Assembly: GCF_018350175.1 (NCBI RefSeq)
Contig: NC_058368.1
Span: forward strand, 119,600,001-119,664,000
Source of the DNA: Felis catus
Lineage: Eukaryota
Direction: 5' to 3'
Length of the DNA stretch: 64,000 bases
Both the position numbers and the translations under genes were made by a program. Under the pieces are notes generated by a model. That model did no database searches and had not been told where the DNA came from. It saw only the letters and a program-made list of their open reading frames with translations. Of the stretch, positions 25,265 to 38,446 are shown in pieces (positions within the stretch are counted from its first letter, which is position 1; every line of letters starts with the position of its first letter).

Positions 25265-25772
25265 TGGATGGAATTTTTAGTCTGATGATAGAGGTTAAAC
25301 ATTAAACAAATGATTATGTATGATTATGCAGGTAATGATTTAAGTGTGGTCACACTAAGCGCGATGAGGATAGTGTGAACACACATGAGCGAAAGGCCTT
25401 TGGGTAGTCCCAGAGGTCAGGGAAGGCTTCCCTGCGAATGTGACATTTCATAGCAGTATCTGCGGGAAGAGAGTGGCCCAGGGGAAGAACAAGACGAAGG
25501 CTGGCCCAAGCAGAGGAAGGAATCCAAGTGCTTGAGGAACTCAGAGTAACTACTGAGGGGCTGGACAGTCACGTGAGCTGCAGCCAGTCCGTGCAGAACA
25601 GTGCAGGCCGTGGAAAGCTCTGCTTCTTTCCGTGGCAGTGGGAAGCCATCAACAAGGGTGAGATAATTGGAGGTAAAAGACTCACAGTAATTCTGATTAA
25701 GAGAGGTTTCTCTTCTCCATCCTTATCTCCAATTTGTGATAGGCCCTTGTTGGCACGATCTTAAGGTGAATC

Positions 25773-26226
25773 TGTGAAAAGTAATAAAAGGGAAGCCTCA
25801 CTGAAGTAGACCCGGGACAGTAGGAGGGGAGCCTGGAAGGGCAAGCTGAACTACTCAATGTCAACTTTGGAAGCACTGCCAATCACAACCCTAACGGAAG
25901 AATCTCGAAGGAGAAGTCACCAATGACAGGCGTCAGCAGGGAAAGATGTGCACCTTATCTCCCACAGGTAGTCGAAACCCCTGTAGCCCAGCCAATGAGA
26001 AACCATCAACAACCTGAACTCTTGCTTCTCACTTTCCATCTCCCACCCTCTCCCCCGTAACATAATGTCCTTCTCCTTTGTTTGCTGCAGTTGCCTATTG
26101 TTTTGCCGTACCTTGCTTGTCCCAGATTGCAATTCTCTGCTACTCTCTGCAATTCTCTCCTGAATAAATCCATTTTTGCTGGTAAAATAACTGGTAGTTT
26201 TGTTTGCTTGTTTTTTAAGGTTAACA
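25773..26226 (+). mobile_element. Solo LTR of an endogenous retrovirus (~454 bp, probably carnivore-specific)
   Basis: Begins TGT, ends AACA; internal CCAAT and AATAAA; flanks gaatc/gattc form a near-perfect 5-bp TSD. Confidence 0.75.
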
Positions 26227-27438
26227 GATTCTTCTGGATTATAATTACAAAAGCAATATTGCCATCAGAGGCTTCTCTGGGGTTCTTGACTAATTCCACA
26301 CGGGCTCACGGACTTCCCACAGTTGGCAAAGATTGTGCACATTACCACAATATTTCAGCAATAAACACGATGCCAGAAGCTTTTGCAAACTCTCACCAAT
26401 GGCGTGGCCACCCAGATGCTCTTGGGCAACAGACCCTTTTGTAAGAGCAAGGTAGACAGTGTTTTAAAGGAAGTCAGTGCCCAGCTTGCTTTGGACTCCA
26501 TAAAGCTCACTTTCCCCTATTTCTCTTTTCTTTTTAAAGGATCTAATAGCTTCCATTTAGAGGTTGCGGTGAATTTAAATCATCTGCTCCCTCTTTCAGG
26601 GGAACTAGCATCCTAGATTTAACTCCTATTGTAGACTGAAAGGCTCTGTACTCAAAAAGACTCTCAGAAATCAGTCAGTAGATGGGGAAGAAATTGTGGT
26701 TGTTTGGAGGGGGGAGGTATGGAAGGTTGGCTTGAGAAGCTTTTGAAGTGTGCCTGTGTATGCCTGAGCCACATGTCACACTAACCGTGAAGCATGTAGG
26801 AGCCATTTGGAAATTGGCTATAGCACCAATCCCCTAACAAATACTCTAGGAGATTTTTTAAAATGCTGCCCTCAACAAAAATATTATGTTGTTTTTTTCT
26901 GTATTTAAAAAAAAAATGTCATCGCTTCCTAAAATGCTAAATACTGCTGCAAATTGTTGATGCTCTTGAGCACGGACCATAACAAGTTGACCCAGTTTGG
27001 GGACCTGAAAGTCTACCTTGCTCTGGGATAGATTCAAGGCTCATAATTCATCTAGTAAAGAGATGCTATTTGTCGTTAGGCTGTAACTTTAACCATTTGG
27101 TGTAGAGCCAATCCAGCAGTTTACCCTGAGGAGACTGGAAGAGAAACAGGTAGGATAGAGTCTAGGCCTGTAATTCCTAGAAGGGCTATGTGGTTAGGGG
27201 CCTGGGCTACTGACCAGACTGGAACAACAAGCCCAGGGTGTGTGAGGATGTGCTTCCCTGCAGAGGCCAGCACTTCCTCAGGCAGCTCTGCTGGAGGTTG
27301 TGGTCGTGAAAAGCCACATCTTCAGATAATGCAGTGACAGCGGAGGTGACAGAATCGCCAAATTCTGCTGTCTGGGGCCACACTGCAACTGTCTCTCAGA
27401 GTTGTCACAACAAGGAAAACATGGTATAAGAGAGTGGG

Positions 27439-27674
27439 TTTTTTTGTTTTCTTTAAATTTTTTTTAATGTTTATTTGTTGTTGAGAGAGAGGGAGAGAGA
27501 GAGAGAGCACCAGCAGGGAGGGGCGGAGAGAGAGAGGGAGACCCAGAATCAGAAGCAGGCTCCAGGCTCTTAGCTGTCAGCACAGAGCCAGATGCAGGGC
27601 TGGAACTCACAAACCGTGAGATCACGACATGAGCAGAAGTCAGACGCTCAACCGACTGAGCCACCCAGGCGCCC
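27439..27674 (-). mobile_element. CanSINE
   Basis: Full-length reverse copy. Confidence 0.92.
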
Positions 27675-28972
27675 AGAGAAATCCTATTCTGAATTAACTG
27701 TAGGTCATGGTCAGCAAACAAACAGGAGACCCACAAATGTCAGAAAGCCGGCTTTAAGTGCAACGTACAGCATCTGAAAAACACTCACTAATTTCCTTCC
27801 CAAAGCATATAGCGTCTTACTTTTAACCAAGAATTCGTGGAAGGAGAAAACATGGGTCCTCTTTGTGCTCTGGATCTCTGGCAACTCTACCATGTTACTC
27901 TCCTGTCAGTGAGTGCTTTAAAAACATTAGCTTGAACGCAGCCTACACTATTAATCATCCTGTTTAAGGAGATCCATACTGGCCATTCGGCAGCTGTTCC
28001 TCCAACCAATATGACAATGATTTCACAGACTAATTCCAGCTCCAACAAAGAGGGATTCAGATTCTACCTCTAGGGAGGCAAATGTCTTCAGCTCTCTGAA
28101 CTCCATTTTCTTCATATATAAAAATGGAAAAAGCCTTTTTTACCTTTGTTGTCAAGGATTAAACAAAGTGACTTTTTTTTTTTAAAGTGCATAACAGGAG
28201 TTCTGACGCATAAAGGATGGTCAATAAAGAGACCGTCTTACCTTTCCTCCTGCACCTCCTCAGCTTCTCATCCACCCCTCCCCCCCCAGCCCCCCACACA
28301 CCCCGGGGATGACCAGTGGCTTCCATCACAATAGATCACTGCCCCCAAGAAGGCAGACACTAATGATGGACAGAAGCAGTAAAACATGCTTCTTAATCTC
28401 CCATTTAGACGCTGCATGACCACTGATAAGTCATTAACCAACCTGTGCCTTAGTTTTTTTTTTTAACTGTTTGATGGAGATACCAGTGACTACCTCAGAG
28501 GCTGACTAGGTTAGGATCAGGTAAGAACATGTACGTAAAGAGCTTGGGACTCTGCTTGAAACACATACCTTGTCATGAAAACTAGGTGTCGTTGTAATAG
28601 ATTGTTGCATTTGATGTATAGGCTGGGTGATGGTAAGACAGGTATATGAGAGAGAAGGAGAAAAAGAAAAAAATCTCATTTGTTATGAAGAAAATAAAAT
28701 ACATTATTATCAGAGAAATGTAGCCTGATTTCATAACTATGTTAGGGCTTCCCATTCCATGATTTTACCTACATAGTTAAGGAATGATAGAGAGGGAAGA
28801 AAACATAGCTCAATTATAGTATTTCCAAAGTTTTTACAACATGGCGGGCAAGCATTTTCTGTGAAGGGCCACCAAGTAAATATTTTAGACTTTACAGATC
28901 ACATACAGGCTCTACTCATATGTTTTTATTCTTTTGTTTTTATTTTGTTTCTTACAATCCCTTAAAAATGTT

Positions 28973-29203
28973 GGGGCGCCTGGGTGGCGCAGTCGGTTAA
29001 GCGTCCGACTTCAGCCAGGTCACGATCTCGCGGTCCGTGAGTTCGAGCCCCGTGTCAGGCTCTGGGCTGATGGCTCAGAGCCTGGAGCCTGTTTCTGATT
29101 CTGTGTCTCCCTCTCTCCCTGCCCCTCCCCCGTTCATGCTCTGTCTCTCTCTGTCCCAAAAATAAATAAACGTTGAAAAAAAAAATTAAAAAAAAAATTA
29201 AAA
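28973..29203 (+). mobile_element. Young CanSINE (SINEC_Fc-like) inserted into a MER58-like hAT relic (~28840-29245)
   Basis: CpG-rich intact body; TSD aaaaatgtt; flanks ggcaagcattttctgtgaagggcc...gtaaatattttagacttt are MER58-like. Confidence 0.93.
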
Positions 29204-29524
29204 AAAAATGTTAAAACCATCTTTCAGCCCACTGGCCAACATTTGCTGGTAAAATCAGTTACCGTATTTTAGAGAAATTTGAAGAAGGATGTAATGAGTA
29301 GCTAAGCTTAGAGTTTAGAGCATTACATAATTGCTGATAAGGGAGAGAGATGATTGCAGTATGGGCAGTTAGACTGCTAGTCAAAACCACTGACAGATAT
29401 AAGCAAGACAAACCTAGAGTCTAAACCCAAGACTTAACGAGACATTCTTTCCATACCTAAATGTCTTGGGATTTATTTGTCGCAAAAACAGCAGGAAATT
29501 TGTTTAGCCAAAGCTGCTTATGAC

Positions 29525-29924
29525 TGTTAGAAGAGAATTCTCCATGGGCCTCTTGGGTTTCTGCACATCTTGCAAGTAAAGCACTCAGTGCCCATCTGCT
29601 CCAGACTATCTTTTAAGGGATACTGGTGTAGTTGAACAGCCTCGTCTCTCTCAGGAGCAAAATGCAAGCATGTTACTGCCTTCTATAAAAGATCTGGGTT
29701 CCCTAAACTTTAGGCTCTTTTCCTATGACACACATCATTTCACATGCAAATATCAGCTGACCTTCTTCCTGATGCAAGAAAAGGCCATGAGTAATGAACA
29801 ACCCTTCATTTCTTACCCTGAAACCTTACATCATCTGTCAACATCCACGAACCTCTGGCAGGATTACTTCTTAACTTGCACGTAGGGGGAAAAAATCCCC
29901 TCAAACTTTTTACAATTTTTAACA
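29525..29924 (+). mobile_element. ERVL solo LTR (LTR40-like)
   Basis: tgttagaagagaattctccatgggcctc...ttctgcacatcttgc...ttttaaca; 5-bp TSD atgac/gtgac. Confidence 0.7.
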
Positions 29925-30448
29925 GTGACAGAAATGGAATGAAGATGAGGAAGAATGATCTAAACCAAGGAAACCAGAAAACACTGTTTTAAAAGCTACC
30001 TTAACAAAGAGCATTTAACAAAGTCTGAAAACGGTTTGATGCCCTGACACAGGAAAGAAGATGGAAAGAGATGGTAAACACTGACCCGTCCAGCCTGTTT
30101 GGGTGATTTGAGTAAATGTGTCACACCGCAAGAGCCCTCCACATCTCTCTGGTGCCTCTATTAAAATCCTACCCACTGTTCAAAGGGATTTTCAGATATC
30201 ACACTACCTGGAAGTGACCTCTCCATTAAAGCTCAGAAATGTATACTACCCATGTTAACATAGCATTTCGATAGTAGTGATCTCACAGGCAGATTGACGT
30301 CTCTTAAATGATAAATCCAGAGCCGCTAGCAATGTGATCAATAAATGCATGTTTTATTTGTTTAGCTTTGTATTATGACTTTTTCAGTCTTATGTAGATT
30401 TAAGAGCGATGACCCATTTTTACTTGCTTTTGTATCCAAATTAGATGA

Positions 30449-30840
30449 TTACTGTGGGCTGAGTTGTATCCCCTTCAAATTAGTATGTTGAAGTCCTAAC
30501 CCCAGTACCTCAGAATGTAGCTGTATTTGGAGATAGAGTGTTTTAAAGAGGTAATTATGTGGTCATTAGGGTGGGTCTTAATCCAATATGACTGATAGCC
30601 TTATAAAATGAAAATTGGACATGGATAGGCACATAGGGGAGACCATGTGAAGACATGGGTAGAAGATGGTCATCCACAAGCTAAGGAGAAAGGCCTCAGA
30701 GGAAGCCAACCCTGCCAACCCCTTCCATCTTGTACTTCTAGCCTTCAGACTACAAGAAAATAAACAGGCAAAAAAAAAAATCTGTCGTTTAAGCCAAAAT
30801 CTGTGGTATTTTGTTACGGCAGCTCTAGTAAACTAATACA
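30449..30840 (+). mobile_element. MaLR solo LTR (MLT1B-like)
   Basis: tgggctgagttgtatcccc...atgttgaagtcctaaccccagtacctcagaatg...gcagctctagtaaactaataca. Confidence 0.85.
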
Positions 30841-31014
30841 GTCCTCTATATTTAGTTCTTAAATAAATGGACTTCTTAAGAAAGCTAATCCTGCCTCTGG
30901 GTTAGATATCTCTCCTATTTATTGCATAACAGCTTATACTAACCTCTGTCATATCATATATCTTTCACACTGCATTATTATCTTTCAGTTATTTATTACT
31001 AGGCACATTATACA

Positions 31015-31430
31015 GTATCAATTACATCTAATGCAAGTGACAGAAAATCTGACTTATAGAAGATCAAGCAAAGTGGAAATCTACCGAAGATTCAGGAGTA
31101 GATCCAGCTTCAGGCATGTTTTGATTCAAGGACTCAAATGACATCATCAGAACCTATTCTATTTCTATCTCTTAGCACTGCTTTCCTCCACACAAGCCTT
31201 CATTCTCAGACTTCATGTGATGGCAAGATGGCTGCCAACAGAGCCAGGCTTATATAATCCCAGGTTCAAGACCAGCAAAACAGAAGAAAAAGCTTGTTTC
31301 TCAGTAGTCCCAGCAAAATCCACCAGGTTTCATCTTGTTGGATCGGACCACACACTCATCTCTGAACCAATCAGCGTAAGCAGGGATGCAATGCTCAGGC
31401 CATGGTGGAGTTACATGTTCCCCCAGCAAG
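31015..31430 (-). mobile_element. Old MaLR (MLT1-type) LTR
   Basis: tgcaagtgacagaaaatctgact...gcttcaggcatgttttgattcaagggactcaaatga...ggcaagatggctgcc. Confidence 0.6.
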
Positions 31431-32858
31431 TCAGAGGTAGAGTTAGACACCTGGTATGCATGGACTGAGGGAGAGGTACAGGGAAGAAGAAAATTGAGAT
31501 CCAGGAGAAGGGAGGATGGGTGCTTGGCAAGCAACTTGTTTGTTGCTCTGATATGACTGTTTAGCTCTCAGAAGCTAGATACCCCAGTCTCATTCTATCT
31601 TCTGGACCCAGCAAGTTTACCTGAATATAACAATAGCACCAGGGAGTGTGTATTGAATGAATGAATGAATGCAGCAGATGTGGAGTCATCAGTGAAACAT
31701 GAGCTTTTCATTCCTGCTGCAACAGGACGGAGTACCTATGAGTCTCTCTCATCTCCATAGTTAGAAAACAGCTTGCAGCCTCACAGGCTGAGCCTGGCCT
31801 GGTGGAGGAAATGGCCCTCTTATCTTCCCCAGCAGGGAAGACACAACAACCTTGGTGAGATTGCGCATAATGACTCCGTGATCAAATTCTATCTAGACAC
31901 AGAGGAGTGGGTGAAAATTGAGACAAACAAATGAGGAAGGTGTGGAGACACGAATCCTACCCTAAATGTTTCTGTTCTTCATCTCAGCCAGCAAGTGGGA
32001 ATTGAATCAGATAGGTTACAGAACCACCTAGTGGTCAAATAGCATCCACGCTCACGGTGTACAGACTCCAGTTGGTGTGTGTAATGAGCTTAAGCATTGT
32101 CTTTCTGGGACTGTGATGTACCCGGGTCACCGAAGGGTCCATGTGCCCTCCCTGGCTTCCACTTTTTCTCCTACTTTTGGAAATGCCACTGGGAGCAGAA
32201 ATTTGGGATAAAATGAGTCCACTAGATTGGTTTTTCATTTCTACTTTTGTTACAGAAATTGTTGAGAAAGGAGGGATGTTGAAATGGCAAAGGAGACTAA
32301 AAATTTTAGTGAAAATGTCAGTGCAACATGCCCTCCTTATATCTGGTAATCTGTGGGCATGAAGGTCATAGGAGGGTCCTTCAATTTCTACCTCGTATAC
32401 TTATGTATTCTTTGACTTACAATACATAACGAAGTAGATGTCATTGGATTAGGGAGCTTTTCTCTGATGTTCTGGGACCAGCGTGTGGTAAACCTGCACT
32501 AATTGATTTATGAATCTCCCATACATGGGATAAACAAATGACATGGGCATAGGCAGTGGCTTTGGCACTAAATGGTGCTGAAGTTGTTCAGCTGAGAAAT
32601 TAGTTAATCTATGGGCCTCATTGGTTTGGATACTCCAATATTCTACAGGGATTCTTGTTTCTGGCAGTGTGAGACTCTAAGATCCTGTGACTTACCCCCA
32701 AGGGAGTTGGTCTGCTGAGATGTTTGGAGGAAATGAGGCTGGCAGATGAATTTGACATCTTATTCCATTTTGCTAATGGACACACAGCCATGATTTAAAA
32801 TGCAGCTATGTGACCTAAGATGTTCTATGTGAAGAGTTCTAAAGGTTTTAGATCTAAA

Positions 32859-33043
32859 GGGTGGCTTATTCAGTTGAGAGTCCAGTTCTTGATTTCATCT
32901 CAGGTCATGATCCCAGGGTCGTGGGATTGGGACCCACGTTGGACTCCACACTGAACATGGAGACTGCTTAGGATTCTCTCTCTCTCTTTCTCTATCTTTC
33001 TCTCTTTGCCCTTCTCCCCTTCCTCTAAAAATAAATTTTAAAA
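32859..33043 (+). mobile_element. Older CanSINE
   Basis: gggtggcttattcagttgagagtcc...caggtcatgatcccagggtcgtggg; ttttagatc repeated on both flanks. Confidence 0.85.
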
Positions 33044-34675
33044 CCTACAATTTTTAGATCATAGTATATATAACAGAGTTAGTGACAGTTAAATACATGA
33101 TATTTACAGAAATATTATCAAAGTTGTATTTAGAAGGGTTATTCTGTGGCCCAAAGGACTGGAGATTGAGAAACATTGGTTCGCAAGATACCAATTAGGA
33201 ACACGTTATATAATAATTCAGGGCAACTGTTATGATAATTGTCTTGACAACTTCTTTGCCAACATCAAATCTTCCATGTGCCTATTACAGTGCCTGGAGA
33301 TGAACATGCTTTGGTTGAATGCATGTTTATGTAACTCTGGATGACCACTCATAGCACAGTAGGGGAAGGAGGCACAAGAGAGACACGAAAGGATACAGAA
33401 GACTTATCTCATATTGGATGGAAGGAGCTGGGGAGAGAGGACATCAAATGAAGAAGACTCTGCCGCTTGCTCATCACTGGAACAGCTATGAGAGAAAGAT
33501 GGAAATGGAGACGAACAGGGTGGGGGACTTGTGGATTGTGGATACGCAACCTGCCAGGGCCAAGGAGAGAGGAAGAGAGAAGATGAGTTTCATTCACTGT
33601 GTTTATGTTAGGTTTGAGTGGATTGAACAAGGGTACAGCTTAAAGAAATGCCCAGCAGGCTGCTAATGACAGGGATTTGAGCATAGGTGAGGGGTTAGTG
33701 TTTGCAATACAGTTTTCGATCTCTAACGTGGAGGCAAAGGTTCAAAATGTAAGAGAAAATAAACTACCTTGGAGAGCAGGATGTAAAGACAGAAAGCTGA
33801 GGGCCCACAATTGAGTTCTGAGGAACATTCACTATTCCAAAAAGCGTTGGGAACATTGGAGAAACTTGCAGATGATAAGCTTCTCCAATTGCCAGGTGAA
33901 TCCGTCTCTACTAAAGGCCAGGAGAAATTACTTGACATTTTAAAGGCAGACTAGGGAGAGAGTTGTTCAATGTCAGATATAAGGGGAAAATCCTTCGGAG
34001 ATACACAGAGGGAATAAAATATCTCCATCCTTCAGTTGTGCTGTTTTAAAATTCTTAAAAGCAACAAAAATCCAGGTACTTCAATTAAAAAGTTTGCAGC
34101 TGAAGTTTGCTTTCATTCCAGCCCATTTGAGTGCACTTTTTCCCTTCTATTTTTGCTTTGTCTCCACTTTGTAAAGAGGTTGTTTAAACCTGTGCCTCAA
34201 ATTCTCACAAAGCAACCCAGCCACGAGGGGAAAATCAAAAAGGAAGTACAGTGCATTTATAACAGCTTTGCTGGGAATCAGTGGGAGGGGAAACCAAAGG
34301 ATGCTGCCCAGACCAGTGACCCTTGAGCACTGGGAACAGTTAATTGGCAAACCAGGAAGGAACATAATGGGACGGCCAAGAGTGGCTCAGGCAACCTTTT
34401 TAGGATGAAAGGACTACACCTTCGGCAGTTACCGTTTTTCACTTCTTTGCTTCCCAATGGCCCTCCTTTTGTACATTAACAAAAACAGTACCTTTCTAGA
34501 TGTAATCAGACATCTGGGAACAAGGGACAGAAGAGAGGAGCAGGTGAGCACAATCGTTGCCTTGGGGAATGCCTAGGCATCAAGTAGCTTGTTGGAGGAC
34601 ATGTTGAAATGAACATAGGTGAGTTTTACTGATGGGAGAGAAATCAGTCTCTCCTTTTCATCCTTTTTTAAGGAT

Positions 34676-34676
<1 letters not shown>

Positions 34677-34728
<52 letters not shown>

Positions 34729-34770
34729 TGTGTGTGTGTGTGTGTGTGTATGCGTGCGCGCGTGCGCACC
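34677..34770. repeat. (TG)n microsatellite with a CG-rich tail
   Basis: Directly visible. Confidence 0.95.
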
Positions 34771-36499
34771 CGCACGTATGTGTGTTACCAGCATTGATTT
34801 GGATAGGTAAATGGAAACACATGATTATTGCATGGTGATGTAAGTATGATCGAAACAATACACTTTTTTACTAGGCAGATATCTCATGGAAGCAGGACCC
34901 AGGTGTTTCCTTTCTGAAGGAAACTCCCAACAATATTGAACAGCACTGAAATCCACTGTTTACAATGAGAACACATTGACAGAAGAGCCCAGTAATTCTC
35001 ACATTGAATTCTTTAAGTCTTATAACACTGTAGATTCAGCTCATGAAGCTACTGAAAGGGGGATAAATCAAAAAGCAATCATTTTAATTATCATGTTTAT
35101 GTCAACTTTAGCCAACTGCTACAATAATATCACTTGGCTTGTTTTACTGTAATTAATCCAGTAAGTATACAAAGAAAACAAATTGGAACTATTTATAGTT
35201 CTGGAGCTAAGTGGAAATGAGATATTGCTCAAATACTACTATAACAAATATAGACTGTTGATACTCCTTCAAATTATGCTTAGGACTTTTAACCATTCAT
35301 GTTCTTCTTCAACTGTATTAACCTCCATGAAACAAAGAAAATTCTAATAGTGGATCTCATCAAACTTATTTGCAGATGTGCATATGAGGTTGAGTAACCA
35401 GGCACTTGCTTTGAGACAAAATTGGATAAATATAGTTAAGGAAATGTTAACTAACATGCATATGCTGAGTGCATTAAAAAAAAAAAAGTCTTTGCAGTGA
35501 GGTGCAAACATATGTGACTTCATGAGTCAGTTCCACAGGATGAAAGCCATGATCAAGATTCACATCATTTAAAGGGCATGGATGCTTCCAGGTCCAGACA
35601 AAACTGAATTATATGTAATCAAAAGAAAGTATACACCTGGCACAAAATGGGAAAAATCTATATTAAAGATAATTGTTTTTTTTAAAGTAATGTCCCTCCA
35701 TCAGAAAAAAAAAACAAATGAAAATTGTATATAAGACCAGTGTTCCACTGTTTATGCACAATACATGCAAATTAGGTCCCAAGTAATGATATTCATAATT
35801 GTAAGAAAAAAAATGTCCAAGTTTCCTCATGATGCCAGGTTACTACTGTTGCTGAGACTACTACTGTCCACAATGATATATGCTACTTACTACCAGTGCC
35901 AGCTTTCACTTTACAAGGCCCATGTTAAGTTCTAAGCATTCTTTTCTCCATTAATGCAGAGCCCCATATGTAGATGCTGTAGTTAACCCTGTCCTGCAGA
36001 TGACAAAATTGACGCTGAGAGAGGACATTTCCACAAGATTCTAGTGGGGAAACTAGCTTCTGAGCACTAACTGGTCAGATTAGAAAGCCTAGGCTCTTAA
36101 CCACTATATTTTCTCCTAACAAATACAAATTTTAAATATGGCGAGTTTGAGGGGGACTTACAAACACAGTCGAACTAGCCTGCTCTCTGTCTTGATGTGA
36201 ACAGGCCAGCTCTGTGACTCAAGGGGTCTGGCTGGGGCTCTGAATTTCCCCCAACCACAGGTTAACACAGCTAGTGTATGAACATATAACTAGGTTTGTT
36301 ATTTTAAAAACAGTGCCCTGAATGTGAGGAGCTCTTTGGGTTTTGTAAAGCCATTTCACATAAAGGGTCTCTTTTGATCCTCTAGTTCAGTGAAGTGGAC
36401 ACAGACATCATTTTTACCTTTGTTTTACAAGGAATATGAAATTTAAATTTTACTGAAAGCTATATGATGGGTTGGGGCAGAGAGAGAGGTAGAATCTAG

Positions 36500-36808
36500 T
36501 TCTTTTCTTTTTCTTTTCTTTTCCCTTCATCCTTTCCTTCCTTTCCCTTCCCTTCCTTCCTCCTTCTCTTCCCTTCCCTCCCTTCTCTCCCTTTCCCTCC
36601 CCTCCCTCTCTCCTCCCCTTCCCCATTCCACCACCCTCCCCCCTTCCCTTCCCTTCCCTTCCCTTCCCTTCCCTTCCCTTCCCTTCCCTTTCTCTTTTCT
36701 TTTCTTTTCTTTTCTTTTCTTTTCTTTTCTTTTCTTTTTTCTTCTTCTTTTCTTTTTCTTTCCTTTCCTTTCTTTTCCTCTTCTCTTCTCTTTCCTTGCC
36801 TTTCTCCC
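36500..36808. repeat. Polypyrimidine/polypurine tract ((CTTCC)n, (CTTTT)n)
   Basis: Directly visible; the source of the K/E/G/R-rich spurious ORFs. Confidence 0.95.
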
Positions 36809-38325
36809 AAACACTGTCCACTTCTGTTTGGCCCTCCCACGTGAGGGAACATATACAAAACACACACATAAATGCACATACAAGATAACTGTGGTGCCCC
36901 AAAGAAGTCCTCTAGGAGCTTGCTAAACAAAGTAAATAACAGCTGGTAGGGTCAAAGCTTCGTGTTCTCCTTTGATCTAGAATTTAGAATCAGAGGTACA
37001 CATCGCTAGTTAGTTCCAGAACTGAAACAAAATTCCCTAATCCAAACCTCAGAGAGATATATCAGCTTCTGATTTGTTGGGAAAAAAAAAAAAAGAGAAA
37101 GAAAGAAAGAAAGCCCTTTGGGAGATGGAAAATTTTAATTTACCTATCAGTTTAATGTCACGTATGTTTTTTTTTTTCTAGTTTTGCCTTAGGACTGAAA
37201 ATAAATTATAAGGCAGCATGAATCTTTTTCAAATGTCACCATCTTTTCAAGCTTTTATAACTACTCTCTAAGTCCATGGCTACACTCATTTTTAGCTGTG
37301 TGACAAATGGGCAAATACTTTGAATCTTTAAAATAATCTAAAGCAGTGATAATAATAATGCCCACCTCATTGGATTGTTGTGATCTTTAAATGAGATATG
37401 GATGTGACACATCTGGCAGGGGGCCTGGCACATGGTATGTGACAAGTACTTTTTAGTGACCGATTTTATGCCACAACATATTTTTAAATGCATACTTGAA
37501 GGCAAGTGTGCAAACAGTGATTATGCTTTTGTCAATTTTTTTTAAATCTTGAAGTTAAAGTTAATCAGATTTATTGCCTATCAAATGCATCACTGAAAAG
37601 GGAATTGATAACACTGATTAATTTGTATTTCTCTTAATAAAGGGTGTAAGTTGCCAGACCTATGATGACACAGTCTCTGTCTTGGAGGAAGTTACTTAGT
37701 TTTGTCTTTACTCCCAAGTTTGCTTTGTTAGAATCTCCCTAGCTTGCGAGCTCCTAGAAGACAGAGTTAGGTGTTTTCATTTGTATTCTCTCAGGGTCTA
37801 CCACATACTAGCCACATACTAGCCAAACACTTGTTGAACACTGATTTGATGCCAGGAAACTAAAACCCATTCACCCATTAAAAGAATGTATAACGGTTTT
37901 GAGACTCCTGCTTTATTTGGTCAACCATAGCACCTTTATTTATCTGGAATCTAAATTCTACTCTTGGGCATGCACTGCTTTTTTCTATTCTGAACAGCTC
38001 TTATAACACACACACAAAGGGGAGGGAGATAAAAAGAGAGAAAAAGAAAGAAAGATATAAGAGAAGTAAAGAGAATAAATGGAAGAGGACAAGAAAAAAG
38101 AATAAATTTCACTTTTTATCTTTCACAGAATACCCTTCAGTATTTTATGATTGTTTTTGATATGTCCATTTTAAATTCTTATCATTGCCCTTCCATCTAG
38201 TTTCTCATTCTTTGAGGGTATTCTATAAAATCCAAATTTGAATCAAATGGTAAAGATTGACCACTCTCTCAGGCTGTTTCTCCACTTAAAGGGATCAAGT
38301 GTTTTTGTTTCAATATTTTAAAAAT

Positions 38326-38446
38326 GGGGCACCTGGGCAGCTCAGTCAGTTAAACGTCCAACTCTTGATTTCGGCTCAGGTCATGGTCTCATGGTTCATG
38401 TGAGTTTGAGCTCCGCATCGGGTTCTGCATTGAAAGTGTGGAGGCT
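38326..38446 (+). mobile_element. 3'-truncated CanSINE abutting the L1 5' end
   Basis: ggggcacctgggcagctcagtcagttaa head and body; no CT linker or A tail. Confidence 0.88.

Noticed and set aside
36450..36930. 118-150 aa K/E/R/G-rich ORFs
   Set aside because: Polypurine tract with no stop codons by composition.
37800..37824. 11-bp tandem duplication ccacatactag
   Set aside because: Ordinary slippage inside an L2-like relic.
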